NCBI GenBank assembly: GCA_963735595.1 | Contig: CAVTLK010000001.1 | Span: 448,001-512,000, forward strand | Length of the DNA: 64,000 nucleotides | Origin: an uncultured delta proteobacterium | Lineage (GTDB): Bacteria > Desulfobacterota > Zymogenia > Zymogenales > Zymogenaceae | Reading direction: 5' to 3' | In this document: positions 20,196 to 32,949 of the stretch, in pieces | Position numbering within the stretch: position 1 is the first letter of the stretch | Layout: each line of letters opens with the position of its first letter | Made by a program: the position numbers and the translations under genes | Notes under the pieces: model-generated | The model's database searches: none | What the model was told of the DNA's origin: nothing | Seen by the model: only the letters and a program-made list of their open reading frames with translations

Positions 20196-22832
20196 CTACC
20201 TGGTTTCAATCCTGATATCTTCGGTATCCTTTACGTTTATCCGCTCCAGCCGCCGCATCATATCGTCAAAACGGATCAGGTTGTTGGGGTTCTGATTGAT
20301 TACGTTGATGCCGGTAAGGCCGCTGCGCTTGATGAAATACTCGGTGTCGCCTTCGTGAATCATGCCCCTGAGCGTAAAATAGTCGTTCTTGAGCTCGAGG
20401 TGAATGCCGATCCCCGAATAGTTATACTCGTGGACGAATCGGTTAAGGCCCGTGCGGAGCAGCGCCCGAAAACAGGGTCGATCCCGATCCGAGGATCGTC
20501 AGCTTATCGACGAATTCGACGCTGACGCGCTTATCCACTCCCCGTCTATCGACCGTCCTGACATCTAATACAAATCGTCTCCGGCCCCCCGTAGGAGAAA
20601 ATAAGACCGGAGATTCCGCCTTCGGCGATCCCGGTGACCCTGCCCACGTCGATCGTTTGGGTCAGCGCTCCAAGGTCGATATCGGCAAACGTCACGTCAC
20701 ACCCGAGCCTTCGCCCCGCATCAAAGATATCCTGACCCCATATGTTTTCGATGCGTACCGCTCCATTAAATATTTTAGCAGTAAGGGTGCCCGAAGTAAA
20801 CAGCTTTTTTTCCTCGATCCTGACCTCCGCGAGCTCGCCGATGAGCTCCCCCTTCAGAGCGACAAGCTTTTCCTTCGGGAAGATCGCCGCGATATTGATT
20901 CCTTTCACGGCCAGCGACAGGCGCATCGTTCTGTTTTCGTCGAATATGTTTTCCCCCGAGCTCCACCGATCGTTACGGAGCCGCCGGCTGCCGAAACCAC
21001 AACGGTATCCTTCAGGGCAAAGGCGTTTTTCGTAAGCGCCGGTGATAACGTCACCGCACCGATATCGACCCCGCCCAGCATCGCGTGGGAAACGGTTACC
21101 TCTCCGAAGTCACCGGGGATAAGCTCCGGCGTTGCGTCTTTATTCGACCCGTCTGAAAGGTCGAAGGAAAACGGCATAGAAGCCGAAATCCCCTCGACCT
21201 TCGTGGAAATACCGGGGAAATCAAGGGTAGCGCCGACGATATCCAGTCTGCCCGAGACACGCGGCGCCGCAAGGTTTCCCCCTATCCTGCCCGATGAATT
21301 CAGAGAACCGGCGACGGCGCCCGTATAAAGCCAGGCGATGCGGTTCATGAAGTAGTTTCGAAAGAGGATGTCGTAGGCCGCTGCCATGTCGCGGACCTTC
21401 ATGCGGTACGAGAGATCCCCGCTCATACCGGCCCGCCCGGAATCGATATCTCCGAAAATATCCGCCGAGAGGACCGAGGGTATCGATACCTCGCCCGTAA
21501 AGTTCTTGACGCCCCCGTCGTCTTTCAGCCGGCCCGATGCCTTGAGGGAGATCCGGTGCTTTTCGAAATTGACGAAGAGGCCCGAGAGGAGGAGCCCGAA
21601 ATCATGGGCGGTGAGCTCGCCGTTAAAAAAGAATCCCTCCCTGATATCGTCCCTGAACTGAATCCGCGCCGACCCGGTAATACCCTGACCCAGGTAGCCG
21701 GAATCGGGAGACGAAAATCCGGCATTGACGAGATCGACCTCGAGATTGCCGGCAATGCTCCTGTCACCCGCATCGACAGTCCCCATCGTCAGGAGGCTTT
21801 TCGCCCGCCCCGTGATCCCCCAACCGGCAAGGAATTCGGGCATATAGTCCCCGAGGCGGCGGAGGTTCGCAGACGAGAGCATCAGCGAATCCGCCTCCGA
21901 CGTAACCTTCCATTCCCCGTTCTTCTCGACCGCTAAGATTCAGCAATACGTCCCCGAAACCGGGGCACCGAGAGCGCCGCGTCTCTCAGTATAAAGGCGC
22001 CGTCGTTTTCTTTCTCCATCTCGCCCGTGGCCGTGATCCCGTCCAGCATAAGGCCGCGCCCCTCCGCGGCAATCGAGAGGCCGTCGATCGAGATGTCCGT
22101 CGCTTCGACGGTATCACGGTTAAACCGTATGTGCGCCGTAACGTGTTTGCCCGCGAATAGAAAATCTCCGATCCGATACCCCGACTCTCCCATCCTGACC
22201 GCCCCCCGGGCCGAAACGTCCGGATAGGTTCCCGCAACACGCATCCGGCCGTAAAACGGCCCGTCGAGCATCGAGCCCTCGTTTATCCCTTCCGTCCGCG
22301 CCGATCCGGCAATCGTGAGGGACTCGCCCACGATGCCGTGTTCATAGCTCATATCCACGCCCTGGAAGATGTAGCGCCCTGACGTGTCGATCAGGACAAG
22401 CTCGCCGTTTTCGACGGTGATATCCAGCTCCATAATCCTCTGGATGAGACGATCCCCGTCGCCTCCACCTTCCCGTGACACATCCAGAGATATCGAGGGA
22501 TTATGAACGGTGATTTTTTTTATTCTCAGGGGAGTGGTCAGGCCGAGGCCGAACTCCAGTACCGCCGGGCCGGATGAAAAGACGACCGGGCCGGTCACCA
22601 GGTCCATCCCTTCCACGATTACCGCGCCGGGAGAGACCAGCCGTATCCCGGTTAGATACACCCGGTAGCCGACGGTTCGTTCGACGACACGCCCGACCGC
22701 ATCGCCGATCAGTTCGTCTCCGAAATAGTAGTAGAAGACCGATATCGCCGTTAGCGACCCGAAGAAAACGGTCAGGCAGCAGATCCAGATGATCCGGGCG
22801 AGGCGGGTCTTTTTCCATAGCCTCTTGGACAT
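20196..22832 (-). CDS. YdbH/AsmA-like beta-rich envelope protein; multiple frameshifts
   Basis: N-terminal TM anchor, long Gly/hydrophobic beta-strand repeats, C-terminal YNYSGIGIHLELKND..GINVINQN..FDDMMRRLERI; directly upstream of YdbL-like gene. Confidence 0.6.
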
Positions 22833-22906
22833 GCGCCTTCGTTTCCCTTTTGATCGCCGGTTACGGGTCTTTCAATATCAGGATAAGCCGTGTCCGTCTT
22901 GGTTCG

Positions 22907-22949
22907 TGTGACGAAAATCACAGCATAGCGGGGACTTCTTTTGTATCAT
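22907..22949 (+). promoter_or_regulatory. CRP-type box with class II promoter geometry
   Basis: TGTGA-CGAAAA-TCACA at 22907-22922; -10-like TATCAT at 22944-22949. Confidence 0.6.
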
Positions 22950-23002
22950 AATAGTATCGAATCATGTACGATAGCGTAATCAACGGCATACGGGGAAAAG
23001 CC

Positions 23003-23266
23003 ATGAAAAAGACGATCATGATTCTTGTGTTTCTTGCCCTTTCCGCGACGTTGCTGGGATGCATCGGGTACGGCGTCATCACCCATGGCGGATACGCGGT
23101 CTACCTAACCGACGGCTCCGAATACCATAACGTCTTGTGGTACAAGAGCAGGACTGAAGGTGTGGCCCTATCGGAGCATCCCACCGGGACGGTCATGTTC
23201 CTGACCCAGGACTACGGCCTTGTTGAGGTGCCATGGGCCAACGTGGTGAAAATCCAGACCGAATAA
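23003..23266 (+). CDS. Small hypothetical lipoprotein
   Basis: MKK, hydrophobic core, lipobox LLGC; alternative ATG at 22964. Confidence 0.75.
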   Translation: MKKTIMILVFLALSATLLGCIGYGVITHGGYAVYLTDGSEYHNVLWYKSRTEGVALSEHPTGTVMFLTQDYGLVEVPWANVVKIQTE

Positions 23267-23350
23267 AAGGCTCCGACACCGGACATATGCCATGCCGCCC
23301 TGCTCTGCCCGGCAAACCGGGAAATGACTGCCGGCACCCGGAACGAGGGG

Positions 23351-25090
23351 CTACTTCGCCGCCTGAGTGATGACGCCTGAGACGAACCGACCGTCGAGCG
23401 CGTCTCTATCGGGCACGTGCGTCATTTCGCGGACAAAATCTGCAAGGGTATCGCTGACGAATTTTACGGACGCGCCTCTGATTCTATCGTCGCCGCATTC
23501 GGGCATTCGCCCGACGAATGCCTCAACGTGCCGGATAATCGTACCGGAAATTCCCGGGTTTTCGCGCACCATATCATAAAAACGGCCCAGCTCTTCATCC
23601 GAAAGCGGGACGACCTCCCATTCACCCCCAAGACACCCCCGCACACACGCCGTCATAAAGATATGTTCAAGTCCCCAGCCATGGGTTTTCGCGTTGCCTA
23701 TCAGCCACGGCCTGATATCTTCGGGGATGTTCACGATCTCACGGATGAGATGGACCCGGGCCGAGAGCTCCGTCATGAAGCCCGCGGACGCCGTCAGGTC
23801 GGCGATCGATCTGAAATTTCTATAGCTATGCGCGCCGCCGGAGATCGCCTCATAGAAAAGGGGTTTTCCGGCCAAAAGGCCCTCGACAACACTGCGGGCG
23901 AAATCCCCCCAGAAGACCGGCTCGATGATCGACGAGAGTTCCCTCACGAGAACCTCGTTTCGTTTTCTTTCGGCCAGCGCCAGCGTATAACCCAGCCGAA
24001 ACAGCTCCACCAGATAGACATCCCGGATCGTCTGCTTTGCTTCATCGTAGTGCGCCGCCCCCGTGAGGTACTCCAAACCGAGATTGATATAGTCCCTGGT
24101 CATTTGCGCAGATGATACCAACTCCTCCACGTCAGAAAGGTCCATCCCCGAGGCCGCCACGACCTTATGTACCAGGTACGAAAGCTCCCACAGCAGGTGA
24201 GCGGCGCGGTCGTCGTCGGCCACCTCTCCCATGAGATCCTCGAAGAAACCGCCGGTCTTTCTGGGTATGAGCCAGTAATGGGGGGGGAGTTGGTCGGTCT
24301 GACGGTCGTCAAGGTAAATGACTTTGGACGACATTGAGCGGATCGTTTCGACGATTTTGGCCGGGTCTTCAAACAGGAAGAGATCCCGCGCCTCGCTCAG
24401 CTCCGGAAAGCCGATCATCGACATGCGGGACGATCTGAGCCGGTAGGCGTCTTCTTCCATAGGAGAGGGCAGCTCTCCGATCACCCCTTCCATGATAACG
24501 CGGTAATAGTCGGGCTCGTGCTCAAAAAAACCCATGAGGAGATTTGAGACGAGGTCGAAGTCCAGTTCCTCATCTATCGGCCTGAAATAGTAGAGATTGT
24601 CGAAGCTGAACCATCCGCCGTCGGTAAATTCGAGCGGGTCTTGATCGAGGTTCCTGGGCACTGCCTCGATGATCCCCTTAAAGAAGAGTATCACGAGCGG
24701 CTCATCGAGCATAAAGAGGCTCTTGGTAAGGACCCGCTCCCCGCCTTCCGCAAGAAGCTGGAGCCATTCCATGAACTTGCCGAAGTCTATCCGATCCCGC
24801 TTCCAGATATCCATATCCAGGAGCTGGACGATCTTCTCCGGGGCCGACATTTCGAGAATAATGGCCGCATCCGTGCCCCACGATTCCTTCACCGTAAGAT
24901 ATATCTCCTGCGGAGAGAGCTTTTTCAGGAGCTTGAGCGGATCGGGAGACGAGATTATGAGATTGGCCTTTGTCCTGACGGGCGATCTCTGGATAAGGCG
25001 GAGGCGATCCTCAAACGAGAGGGCCGTAAGTTCGCGCTCCGTCAGGCGCTCGCCGGCGAGCGTCCGATCGAGGAGGTTGTCTAAGGCCAT
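23351..25090 (-). CDS. Conserved hypothetical protein resembling DUF6178 family
   Basis: Intact 579-aa acidic ORF; PQEIYLTVKE, LDMDIW, YRLRSSRM..GFP, YINLGLE, LFRLGY recalled as family-like (not searched). Confidence 0.65.
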   Translation of the reverse strand: MALDNLLDRTLAGERLTERELTALSFEDRLRLIQRSPVRTKANLIISSPDPLKLLKKLSPQEIYLTVKESWGTDAAIILEMSAPEKIVQLLDMDIWKRDRIDFGKFMEWLQLLAEGGERVLTKSLFMLDEPLVILFFKGIIEAVPRNLDQDPLEFTDGGWFSFDNLYYFRPIDEELDFDLVSNLLMGFFEHEPDYYRVIMEGVIGELPSPMEEDAYRLRSSRMSMIGFPELSEARDLFLFEDPAKIVETIRSMSSKVIYLDDRQTDQLPPHYWLIPRKTGGFFEDLMGEVADDDRAAHLLWELSYLVHKVVAASGMDLSDVEELVSSAQMTRDYINLGLEYLTGAAHYDEAKQTIRDVYLVELFRLGYTLALAERKRNEVLVRELSSIIEPVFWGDFARSVVEGLLAGKPLFYEAISGGAHSYRNFRSIADLTASAGFMTELSARVHLIREIVNIPEDIRPWLIGNAKTHGWGLEHIFMTACVRGCLGGEWEVVPLSDEELGRFYDMVRENPGISGTIIRHVEAFVGRMPECGDDRIRGASVKFVSDTLADFVREMTHVPDRDALDGRFVSGVITQAAK

Positions 25091-25220
25091 AGGCCGGTAT
25101 CAGATCGTTCATTTTTTCAATTATATCAGAGGATTGCGCAAAAGGGAAGTTAATCATTTACTTCTGCGGCAAAATTAAGTAGTATGCAGCGCATCCGCAC
25201 TTCTCATGGTTGACAGCCGC

Positions 25221-26587
25221 ATGAATACCACGAACCGTACGACTCGGGGGAAAGCTCCCCCTTTACCGTAAAGTCCTGTTCGGCGTGGGTGATTCAACCA
25301 ACAGCCTCTTCTTTACCGTCATTGCATTCTTTTACCTTTTCTTCCTCACCGACGTAGCCGGGATCGCGCCGGCGCTTGCCGGATGGGTGCTCTTGGCCGG
25401 GAAGGCGTGGGATGCTGTAACCGACCCGATGATGGGATTCATATCCGACCATACAAAATCTCGATGGGGACGCAGGCGGCCCTACTTCCTGGCCTGTGTT
25501 CCGACGGCGGGCCTCTTTTACCTGATTTGGATTAGCCTACCCCATTCGAGAACCAGACCCTCCTCTTTCTGACCTACGCGGGATTGAATCTCCTCTTTTG
25601 GACCTTCTATACGATGATGGCGATTCCCTACTCCGCGCTGATGCCGGAGCTTTCCCTTGACTACGACGACCGTACATCTCTTGTCTCCGTCCGCATGTCC
25701 TTTTCCATCGTCTTCGGACTCCTGGCCGCCGTCGTTCCCATGGCGATCGTATCCCTGTTTCCCGATCGAAAGACCGGATTTGCCATGATGGCGCTATTCC
25801 TCGGCATGTTCGGCATATTCCCTTACGTTATCAGCTTTTTCGGCACGAAGGAGCGTCCGGAGTTCCAGCAGAAGGCATCGCTGCCGTTCTCTCGCGTCGC
25901 TCAGGGAAACGATGAAGAATCGATCGTACGTAGTCGCAATGGTCGTCTTTCTGTTGAGCTGGGTGTGCGTGGATGTAATCGGCGCGGTCTTTATCTATTT
26001 CATCATCTATTGGATGGGACTAACGGAGAACGATGTGTCGATCCTGTTGGGCATCATCTTTGTTACCGCGGTACTTGTGCTGCCGTTGTGGGTCCTGATC
26101 TCGAAATGGGTCGGCAAGAAGGCGGCTTATGTCATCGGGATGTCGTTCTGGGCCGTCGTCATGAGCCTGGCCTTTTTCCTGCGTCCGGGCGTTAGGAATT
26201 GGTTTCTCTACCTCTTCTGTTTTCTTGCGGGTTTCGGCGTCTCCACGGCCCACGTGCTTCCCTGGTCAATGATTATCGACTGTGTCGACATCGACGAATA
26301 TCGCACCGGCGCGCGCCGGGAGGGAATGTATACCGGCTTTACCCTCTTCGCCCAGAAGCTGGCCTCATCGGTAGCCCTCCTGCTGGTGGGGAGTTTCCTG
26401 GGCTGGGCGGGCTACGTGGCCAATACGGTGCAGAAAGAGAGCGCGCTGATTGCCATCCGGGTGCTCCTCGGCCCCGTTCCCGCCGTTCTGCTTATTCTCT
26501 CGATCTATCGCTGTTCTCCTGTACCCGATTACCAAGGCCGACCACGAGAAAATCAGGGACGAGCTGGACCGAAGGCCGCGGAGATAG
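25221..26587 (+). CDS. Glycoside-pentoside-hexuronide (MelB/GPH-type MFS) symporter; several frameshifts
   Basis: WDAVTDPMMGFISD, WGRRRPY, IPYSALMPELS.DYDDR, DCVDIDEY.TGARREG, YPITK. Confidence 0.88.
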
Positions 26588-26643
26588 GTATACGGGAGGC
26601 CGACCGCATTACAGTCTCTTTGGCAAATAAAGCGGGGTCATGT

Positions 26644-27024
26644 ATGGTTAACTCGATACTTCTGTATACCGGTTCGATCATTATAGTGACCTGGGGGATC
26701 GCCCACGTTGTCCCGACCAGAGGGGTCGTCGCGGGCTTCGGCAAGCTTTCCCGGGACAACGCCAGGATCATCACGATGGAATGGATCGCCGAGGGGCTGA
26801 CGCTGGTCTTCATCGGGGCGCCTGACGCTCGCCGTCACACTCGTCGCGGGCAGGCGCAATCCCGGCAGCCGATCGTCGTCTATCGCGGGTGCGCGCTGAT
26901 GCTCGCCGCCATGGCGGGACTGACGCTTGCCACCGGCGCCCGGACGAAGATTATCCCCATCAAGGTCTGTCCCATCGTAAAGGCCGCAGTAGCGATCCTT
27001 TTTGTCGTGGGAAGCGCGGGGTAG
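26644..27024 (+). CDS. Small hypothetical membrane protein
   Basis: About four hydrophobic segments; WGIAH, MEWIAEG; merged with the transporter in the ORF track only through a frameshift. Confidence 0.6.
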   Translation: MVNSILLYTGSIIIVTWGIAHVVPTRGVVAGFGKLSRDNARIITMEWIAEGLTLVFIGAPDARRHTRRGQAQSRQPIVVYRGCALMLAAMAGLTLATGARTKIIPIKVCPIVKAAVAILFVVGSAG

Positions 27025-27121
27025 ACCGGCTCCGGCGCCGGATCGGCGTCCCGGTCCCGGCCCATGCGGCACGGAACGTCAATTACCTGTCGGCTCCGTC
27101 CGATCCTCATCCGACGGCTGT

Positions 27122-28024
27122 TCAGTGAGTCGCGTGGTGTCTCCCGCTCTCCTCTTGCCGCCATTGCTTTGCCCTGAATTCGGAGAGGATGATCCCCGTA
27201 AGTATCAGCGCGGCCCCGACGTACCCACGGCTCCCGAGCACCTCGCCGCCCCACCAGTAGGCGAAGATCGCCGCGAAGACCGGCTCCATCGTAAAGATGA
27301 CCGCGGCCCTGTGGGGGACGTGTACTGCTGCGCCCAGGTCTGGACGGTGAAGTTGAAGGCGGTCGCGAAGATCGCCAGGAACATGATGGCGACGATCACG
27401 TATCCCGGACAAGCGTGGGGCGCCTCGCCGATCGTTACGGCCGACACCCCCGCCCACGTCGTCATCGCCACCATCTGGGCTATCGCCACGAGGTATACGT
27501 CGTGCTTGACCGCGTACCACCCCGTCAGGATCACGTGGAAGGCCACGCTCACCGCGCATGACGATCACCCAGACGTCTCCCCGGTTGATCGAAAAATCGT
27601 CTCCGACCGTCAGCAGGAAGAGCCCCGCCGCACTGATCACCGCGCCGATCGTGGCGGTCGCGGCGGGCATTTTTCTGAAGAAGATCGCAAGGATAAACGG
27701 GACGAGGATTACGTGCAGCCCCGTGATGAACCCGGCGTTCGAGGCCGACGTATAGTTGAGGCCTATCGTCTGAAGCACAAAGGCGGAAAAGAGGACCGAG
27801 CCCAGGATGAAACCGTCCCGGAAGGAGTGCGAAAGGTAAACCTTCTGAGCCGTCCGGCAAAGAACGGCCAGCAGTATCGCGGTGGCAAGAGAAAAACGCA
27901 GGAAGAGGAACCAGTAGAGGTCAAGCTCCGTGATGGCCGTCTTGACCATAATGAACGACATCCCCCAGAAGAGGCAAATGAGAACGAGCATCAGGTCGGC
28001 TATGACGCCCTTCCTGGTCGTCAT
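27122..28024 (-). CDS. DMT/EamA family transporter; compensating frameshifts
   Basis: FWGMSF, FLRF, QTIGLNYTSASNAGFITGL, QTWAQQY, MEPVFAAIF. Confidence 0.88.
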   Translation of the reverse strand: MTTRKGVIADLMLVLICLFWGMSFIMVKTAITELDLYWFLFLRFSLATAILLAVLCRTAQKVYLSHSFRDGFILGSVLFSAFVLQTIGLNYTSASNAGFITGLHVILVPFILAIFFRKMPAATATIGAVISAAGLFLLTVGDDFSINRGDVWVIVMRGERGLPRDPDGVVRGQARRIPRGDSPDGGDDDVGGGVGRNDRRGAPRLSGIRDRRHHVPGDLRDRLQLHRPDLGAAVHVPHRAAVIFTMEPVFAAIFAYWWGGEVLGSRGYVGAALILTGIILSEFRAKQWRQEESGRHHATH

Positions 28025-28046
28025 GTGAAACCCCGGGCTAAACGGT

Positions 28047-28074
28047 AAAAGAAAAGGGGCATTTCTCATGCCCC
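28047..28074 (-). terminator. Intrinsic terminator after ahcY
   Basis: Minus strand GGGGCAT-GAGAA-ATGCCCC followed by TTTTCTTTT. Confidence 0.75.
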
Positions 28075-28123
28075 GCGACTGATCGGATTTTCTCGTCTCG
28101 GAATGACCGCTTACGGCCGTCTA

Positions 28124-29385
<1,262 letters not shown>

Positions 29386-29544
29386 GATTATTCTCCTTAT
29401 CGTCCCTAAGGTCCCTATCGTCACGCCGGCATTCTTCGTGGAGTTACCCAATCATCACGCCGGCGTCGGTTATCTCTTCCTGCCGCCGGCCGGCCACGCA
29501 GCGCGTATTACCCCGTTTCGGCGATCGGGTACCGGAATTCATCC

Positions 29545-30723
29545 CTATACGCCGGCCGCCTTCTTGAGCCGCTTGACCATATTGACCGTTTCCCAGGTAA
29601 AGCCGTCTTCATCCCTTCCAAAGTGACCGTAGGCCGCCGTTTGCCGGTACTTCGGCTTGAGCAGGTCGAGCTGTTCGATTATGGCCGCCGGCCGAAAATC
29701 AAACTCCTCCTGAATTATCCGGGCAATCTGATCAGGCGGTATGACGCTGGTACCATCGGTGTTTATCATAAACGAAACCGGCTCGGCCTTTCCAATCGCA
29801 TAGGCGACCTGAACTTCGCACCGCTTTGCAAGTCCCGCCGCCACGACGTTCTTGGCGACATAGCGCGCCATATAGGAACCGGAACGGTCGACCTTGGAAG
29901 GGTCCTTGCCCGAAAAGCACCCGCCCCCGTGGCTTCCTTGCCCTCCGTAGGTATCGACGATGATCTTGCGGCCCGTTACCCCGCAGTCACCCTGGGGCCC
30001 TCCGATGACAAATCGCCCGGTTTCGTTGACGTAATACTTGGTCTTTTTATCCATGAGGCCCTCGGGGATAACCTTCCTGATAACCTCCTCGATGATCGCT
30101 TCCTTGATCGTCTGATACTTGGCGTCGGGATTATGCTGCGCCGCCACGACGACGGCGTCTACCCTCACCGGCTTGTGATCGACATACTGGACCGTCACCT
30201 GGGATTTCCCGTCGGGGCGCAGAAACGGCAGCACTCCCTTCTTCCTGACCTCGGCAAGCCTCCTGCACACCTTGTGCGCATACATGATGCTCATCGGCAT
30301 CAGCTCCGGGGTATCGTCACAGGCATACCCGAACATCAACCCCTGGTCTCCGGCGCCCTGGTCCTTGTGGAGGCCCTGGCCCACCGTTACGCCCTGGGAG
30401 ATATCGGGAGATTGCTTGTCAATGGACGTCAGCACCGCGCACGTCTCCCAGTCAAATCCCATTGAGGCGTCGGTATAGCCTATCTCCTTTATCGTGTTTC
30501 GGACAATCTGCGGCATATCCACCCAGGTACTGGTTGTGATTTCTCCAGCAATGATGGCAAATCCCGTGGATACGAGGGTCTCGCACGCTACCCGTCCTTT
30601 TTTATCTTCGCCGATAATCGCGTCAAGGATTGCATCGGATATCTGATCGGCCACCTTGTCGGGATGGCCTTCCGTCACTGATTCCGACGTGAATAGAAAG
30701 TCGGTCATTGACATAATGGGCAC
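29545..30723 (-). CDS. metK: S-adenosylmethionine synthetase
   Basis: [47 protein letters not shown]. Confidence 0.99.
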   Translation of the reverse strand: MPIMSMTDFLFTSESVTEGHPDKVADQISDAILDAIIGEDKKGRVACETLVSTGFAIIAGEITTSTWVDMPQIVRNTIKEIGYTDASMGFDWETCAVLTSIDKQSPDISQGVTVGQGLHKDQGAGDQGLMFGYACDDTPELMPMSIMYAHKVCRRLAEVRKKGVLPFLRPDGKSQVTVQYVDHKPVRVDAVVVAAQHNPDAKYQTIKEAIIEEVIRKVIPEGLMDKKTKYYVNETGRFVIGGPQGDCGVTGRKIIVDTYGGQGSHGGGCFSGKDPSKVDRSGSYMARYVAKNVVAAGLAKRCEVQVAYAIGKAEPVSFMINTDGTSVIPPDQIARIIQEEFDFRPAAIIEQLDLLKPKYRQTAAYGHFGRDEDGFTWETVNMVKRLKKAAGV

Positions 30724-30784
30724 CTCCAGTCTGAATCGGTTCCTCGAGTATGGGAAATCCGATAGTTGTTCTTTTTAACTCTTT

Positions 30785-30813
30785 TTTATATCTTTCAATT
30801 AATCGAAAGTCAA
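30785..30813 (-). promoter_or_regulatory. Sigma70 promoter of metK with an inverted repeat in the spacer
   Basis: Minus strand TTGACT-17 bp-TATAAA; CTTTC-N8-GAAAG at 30792-30809. Confidence 0.65.
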
Positions 30814-30835
30814 GGGAATTTAGGTAACAAGCGCC

Positions 30836-32612
30836 CTAACGCGAACGCTCGTTGTCTGAGAATATCTCGGGAAAGCGCTCCTTCAATTCGAGGAATACAT
30901 ACCGGTCGATTTCTCTGGCCGTCGCAAACGTGAGGACCTCATCGGTAATCGCCTTGCAGTCTTTATACGAGATTTCCCGGAGAATTTTCTTTACTCTGAG
31001 GATAGACATAGCGTTCATCGACAGATCGTCCAGCCCTATCCCCACCAGTATCGGAAGGTAGAGCGGCTCGCCTGCCATCTCGCCGCACATGGCGACCCTG
31101 ATACCTTGTTCATGGGCCGCATGGACCGCCCCACCGATCATTCTGAGGACCGCCGGATGCAGCGGCTCGTACAGATAATTGACGTGCTCGTTTACGCGGT
31201 CTATTGCCAGTGAATACTGAATCAGGTCGTTGGTCCCGATTGAGAAGAAATCGACCTCCTTTGCCAGCAGGTCCGCTATGACCATAGCCGAGGGGACCTC
31301 CATCATAGAGCCGATCTCGATGTGTTCGTCAAACGGGATACCGCGGGTAAGCAGATCATCTTTTACCTCTTCGAGAATCATCTTGGTCAGACGTATCTCT
31401 TCTATACCTGAGATCATCGGGAACATGATCTTAACCGGGCCGTACGCACTGGCGCGCAGTATCGCCCGGAGCTGGTCCTTGAAGATATCGACTTCCTTGA
31501 GACAAAACCGTATTGCCCTCAACCCCATCGCCGGATTCATTTCCTGGGCAAGGTCTATCGGCGACAGGAAACGGTCTCCACCGAGGTCAAACGTCCTGAT
31601 GATGGTGACCTTCGGTTTCATGTTTTCTACAACGTATTTGTATACCTCGAAATGCTCCTCCTCCGTAGGAAGGCTCTTGCGGTTGAGGTAGATGAATTCC
31701 GTTCTATATAGCCCGATGCCTTCAGCCCCGTGCTGTTTTATGGACTGTATCTCATGGGGCATCTCGATATTGGCCATCAGAGAGACCCGGTAGCCGTCGG
31801 TAGTAACCGCGGGGAGTTCCGTTATGGAAAGGAGTTCGCGCTCTTCAGCCTGGTACTGCCTGAGCAGCCCCTCGTATTCGATCCGCACCTCGGCCGACGG
31901 ATTGATGATGACCTGTCCCGGTGGTGCCGTTGACAATAATGCAGTCACCGCCCTTGACCATGGTACTGACCGCCTCCAGACCCACGACCGAGGGTATCTC
32001 AAGCGAGCGCGCCATAATCGCGGTATGGGAGGTCCGCCCGCCGATATCGGTAATGAACCCCTTGATCACCTTGCGGTCTATCTGGGCGGTATCGGCGGGA
32101 GAGAGGTCGTGAGCCACTACGATCACGTCCTCGGTTATTCCGGTAATGCTCTCCTGATGCTTTCCGACAAGGTTCCTCATGATCCTCTCGACTACGTAGT
32201 CGACGTCGCCCAGACGTTCCGAGAGGTAGTCGTCATCGAGCTCGCTGAAAAACCGGCTTATCTTTTCGTGCTGGACCTTAAGAGCCCATTCGGCGTTGAC
32301 CTGTTCATCACGGATGATTCTCTCCGTATCATCGCTGATCATCCGGTCCTTGAGAATCAGGAGGTGCGCATCAATGATGTGTTTGAATTCATCGAAATGC
32401 TCTCCGCCGATCTTCTGGGTGACCTCCGTCAGCTGTATCCGGGAGTCTTCGACGGCCCGTTTGAATCGCTCGATCTCCGCCGCAACACCGCCTTTCCCGA
32501 TATGCCTCAGGGCATAGGTTACCTTTGCCCGATCGATGAGATATGCCTTACCGATGACAATACCCGAGGATACCCCGATTCCCGCAAGCCGTATCTCTTC
32601 TTTTGGAGACAT
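30836..32612 (-). CDS. ptsI: PTS enzyme I (PEP-protein phosphotransferase); frameshift near 31915
   Basis: GGRTSHTAIMARS, GIGLYRTEF, MGLRAIR, FFSIGTNDLIQY, MCGEMAG. Confidence 0.96.
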
Positions 32613-32928
32613 TTACTCCTCTCCAAATTTACTGCCGATCAGCCTACCCAATTCGGTCACCGCCTTCTTGGCATCCGGTACCGTTCGCCGTCACCCTGAT
32701 AGCGCTTCCCTGGATTGCACCAAGCATGAGAATACCCATGATGCTCTTTCCGTTGACCTCTACCCCGTCTTTAATGACCGTAATCTGTGACTGAAAGGAA
32801 CTAGCCGCCTTGATGAAAAGGACAGCCGCCCGGGCGTGCAGTCCGAGCTTGTTAATGATCTGAAATTCCTCCGAATAGCTACCGAGAGGATTACCGTTTT
32901 GTTTCGAGTGTAATTCGTGTGTGTCCAT
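32613..32928 (-). CDS. ptsH: Phosphocarrier protein HPr; frameshift near 32675
   Basis: NKLGLHARAA (His15), GKSIMGILML (Ser46); shifted frame ends KFGEE-stop. Confidence 0.92.
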
Positions 32929-32949
32929 AACTACTCAAATTTCATATTA

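Noticed and set aside
25912..27024. Apparent fusion of GPH transporter with a downstream membrane protein
   Set aside because: A frameshift near 26510 hides the natural end (YPITK...RR-stop at 26587); the second gene has its own ATG at 26644
29386..30835. Known SAM-I or SAH riboswitch before metK or ahcY
   Set aside because: Consensus core sequences not found by eye; an Rfam scan is needed to exclude fully
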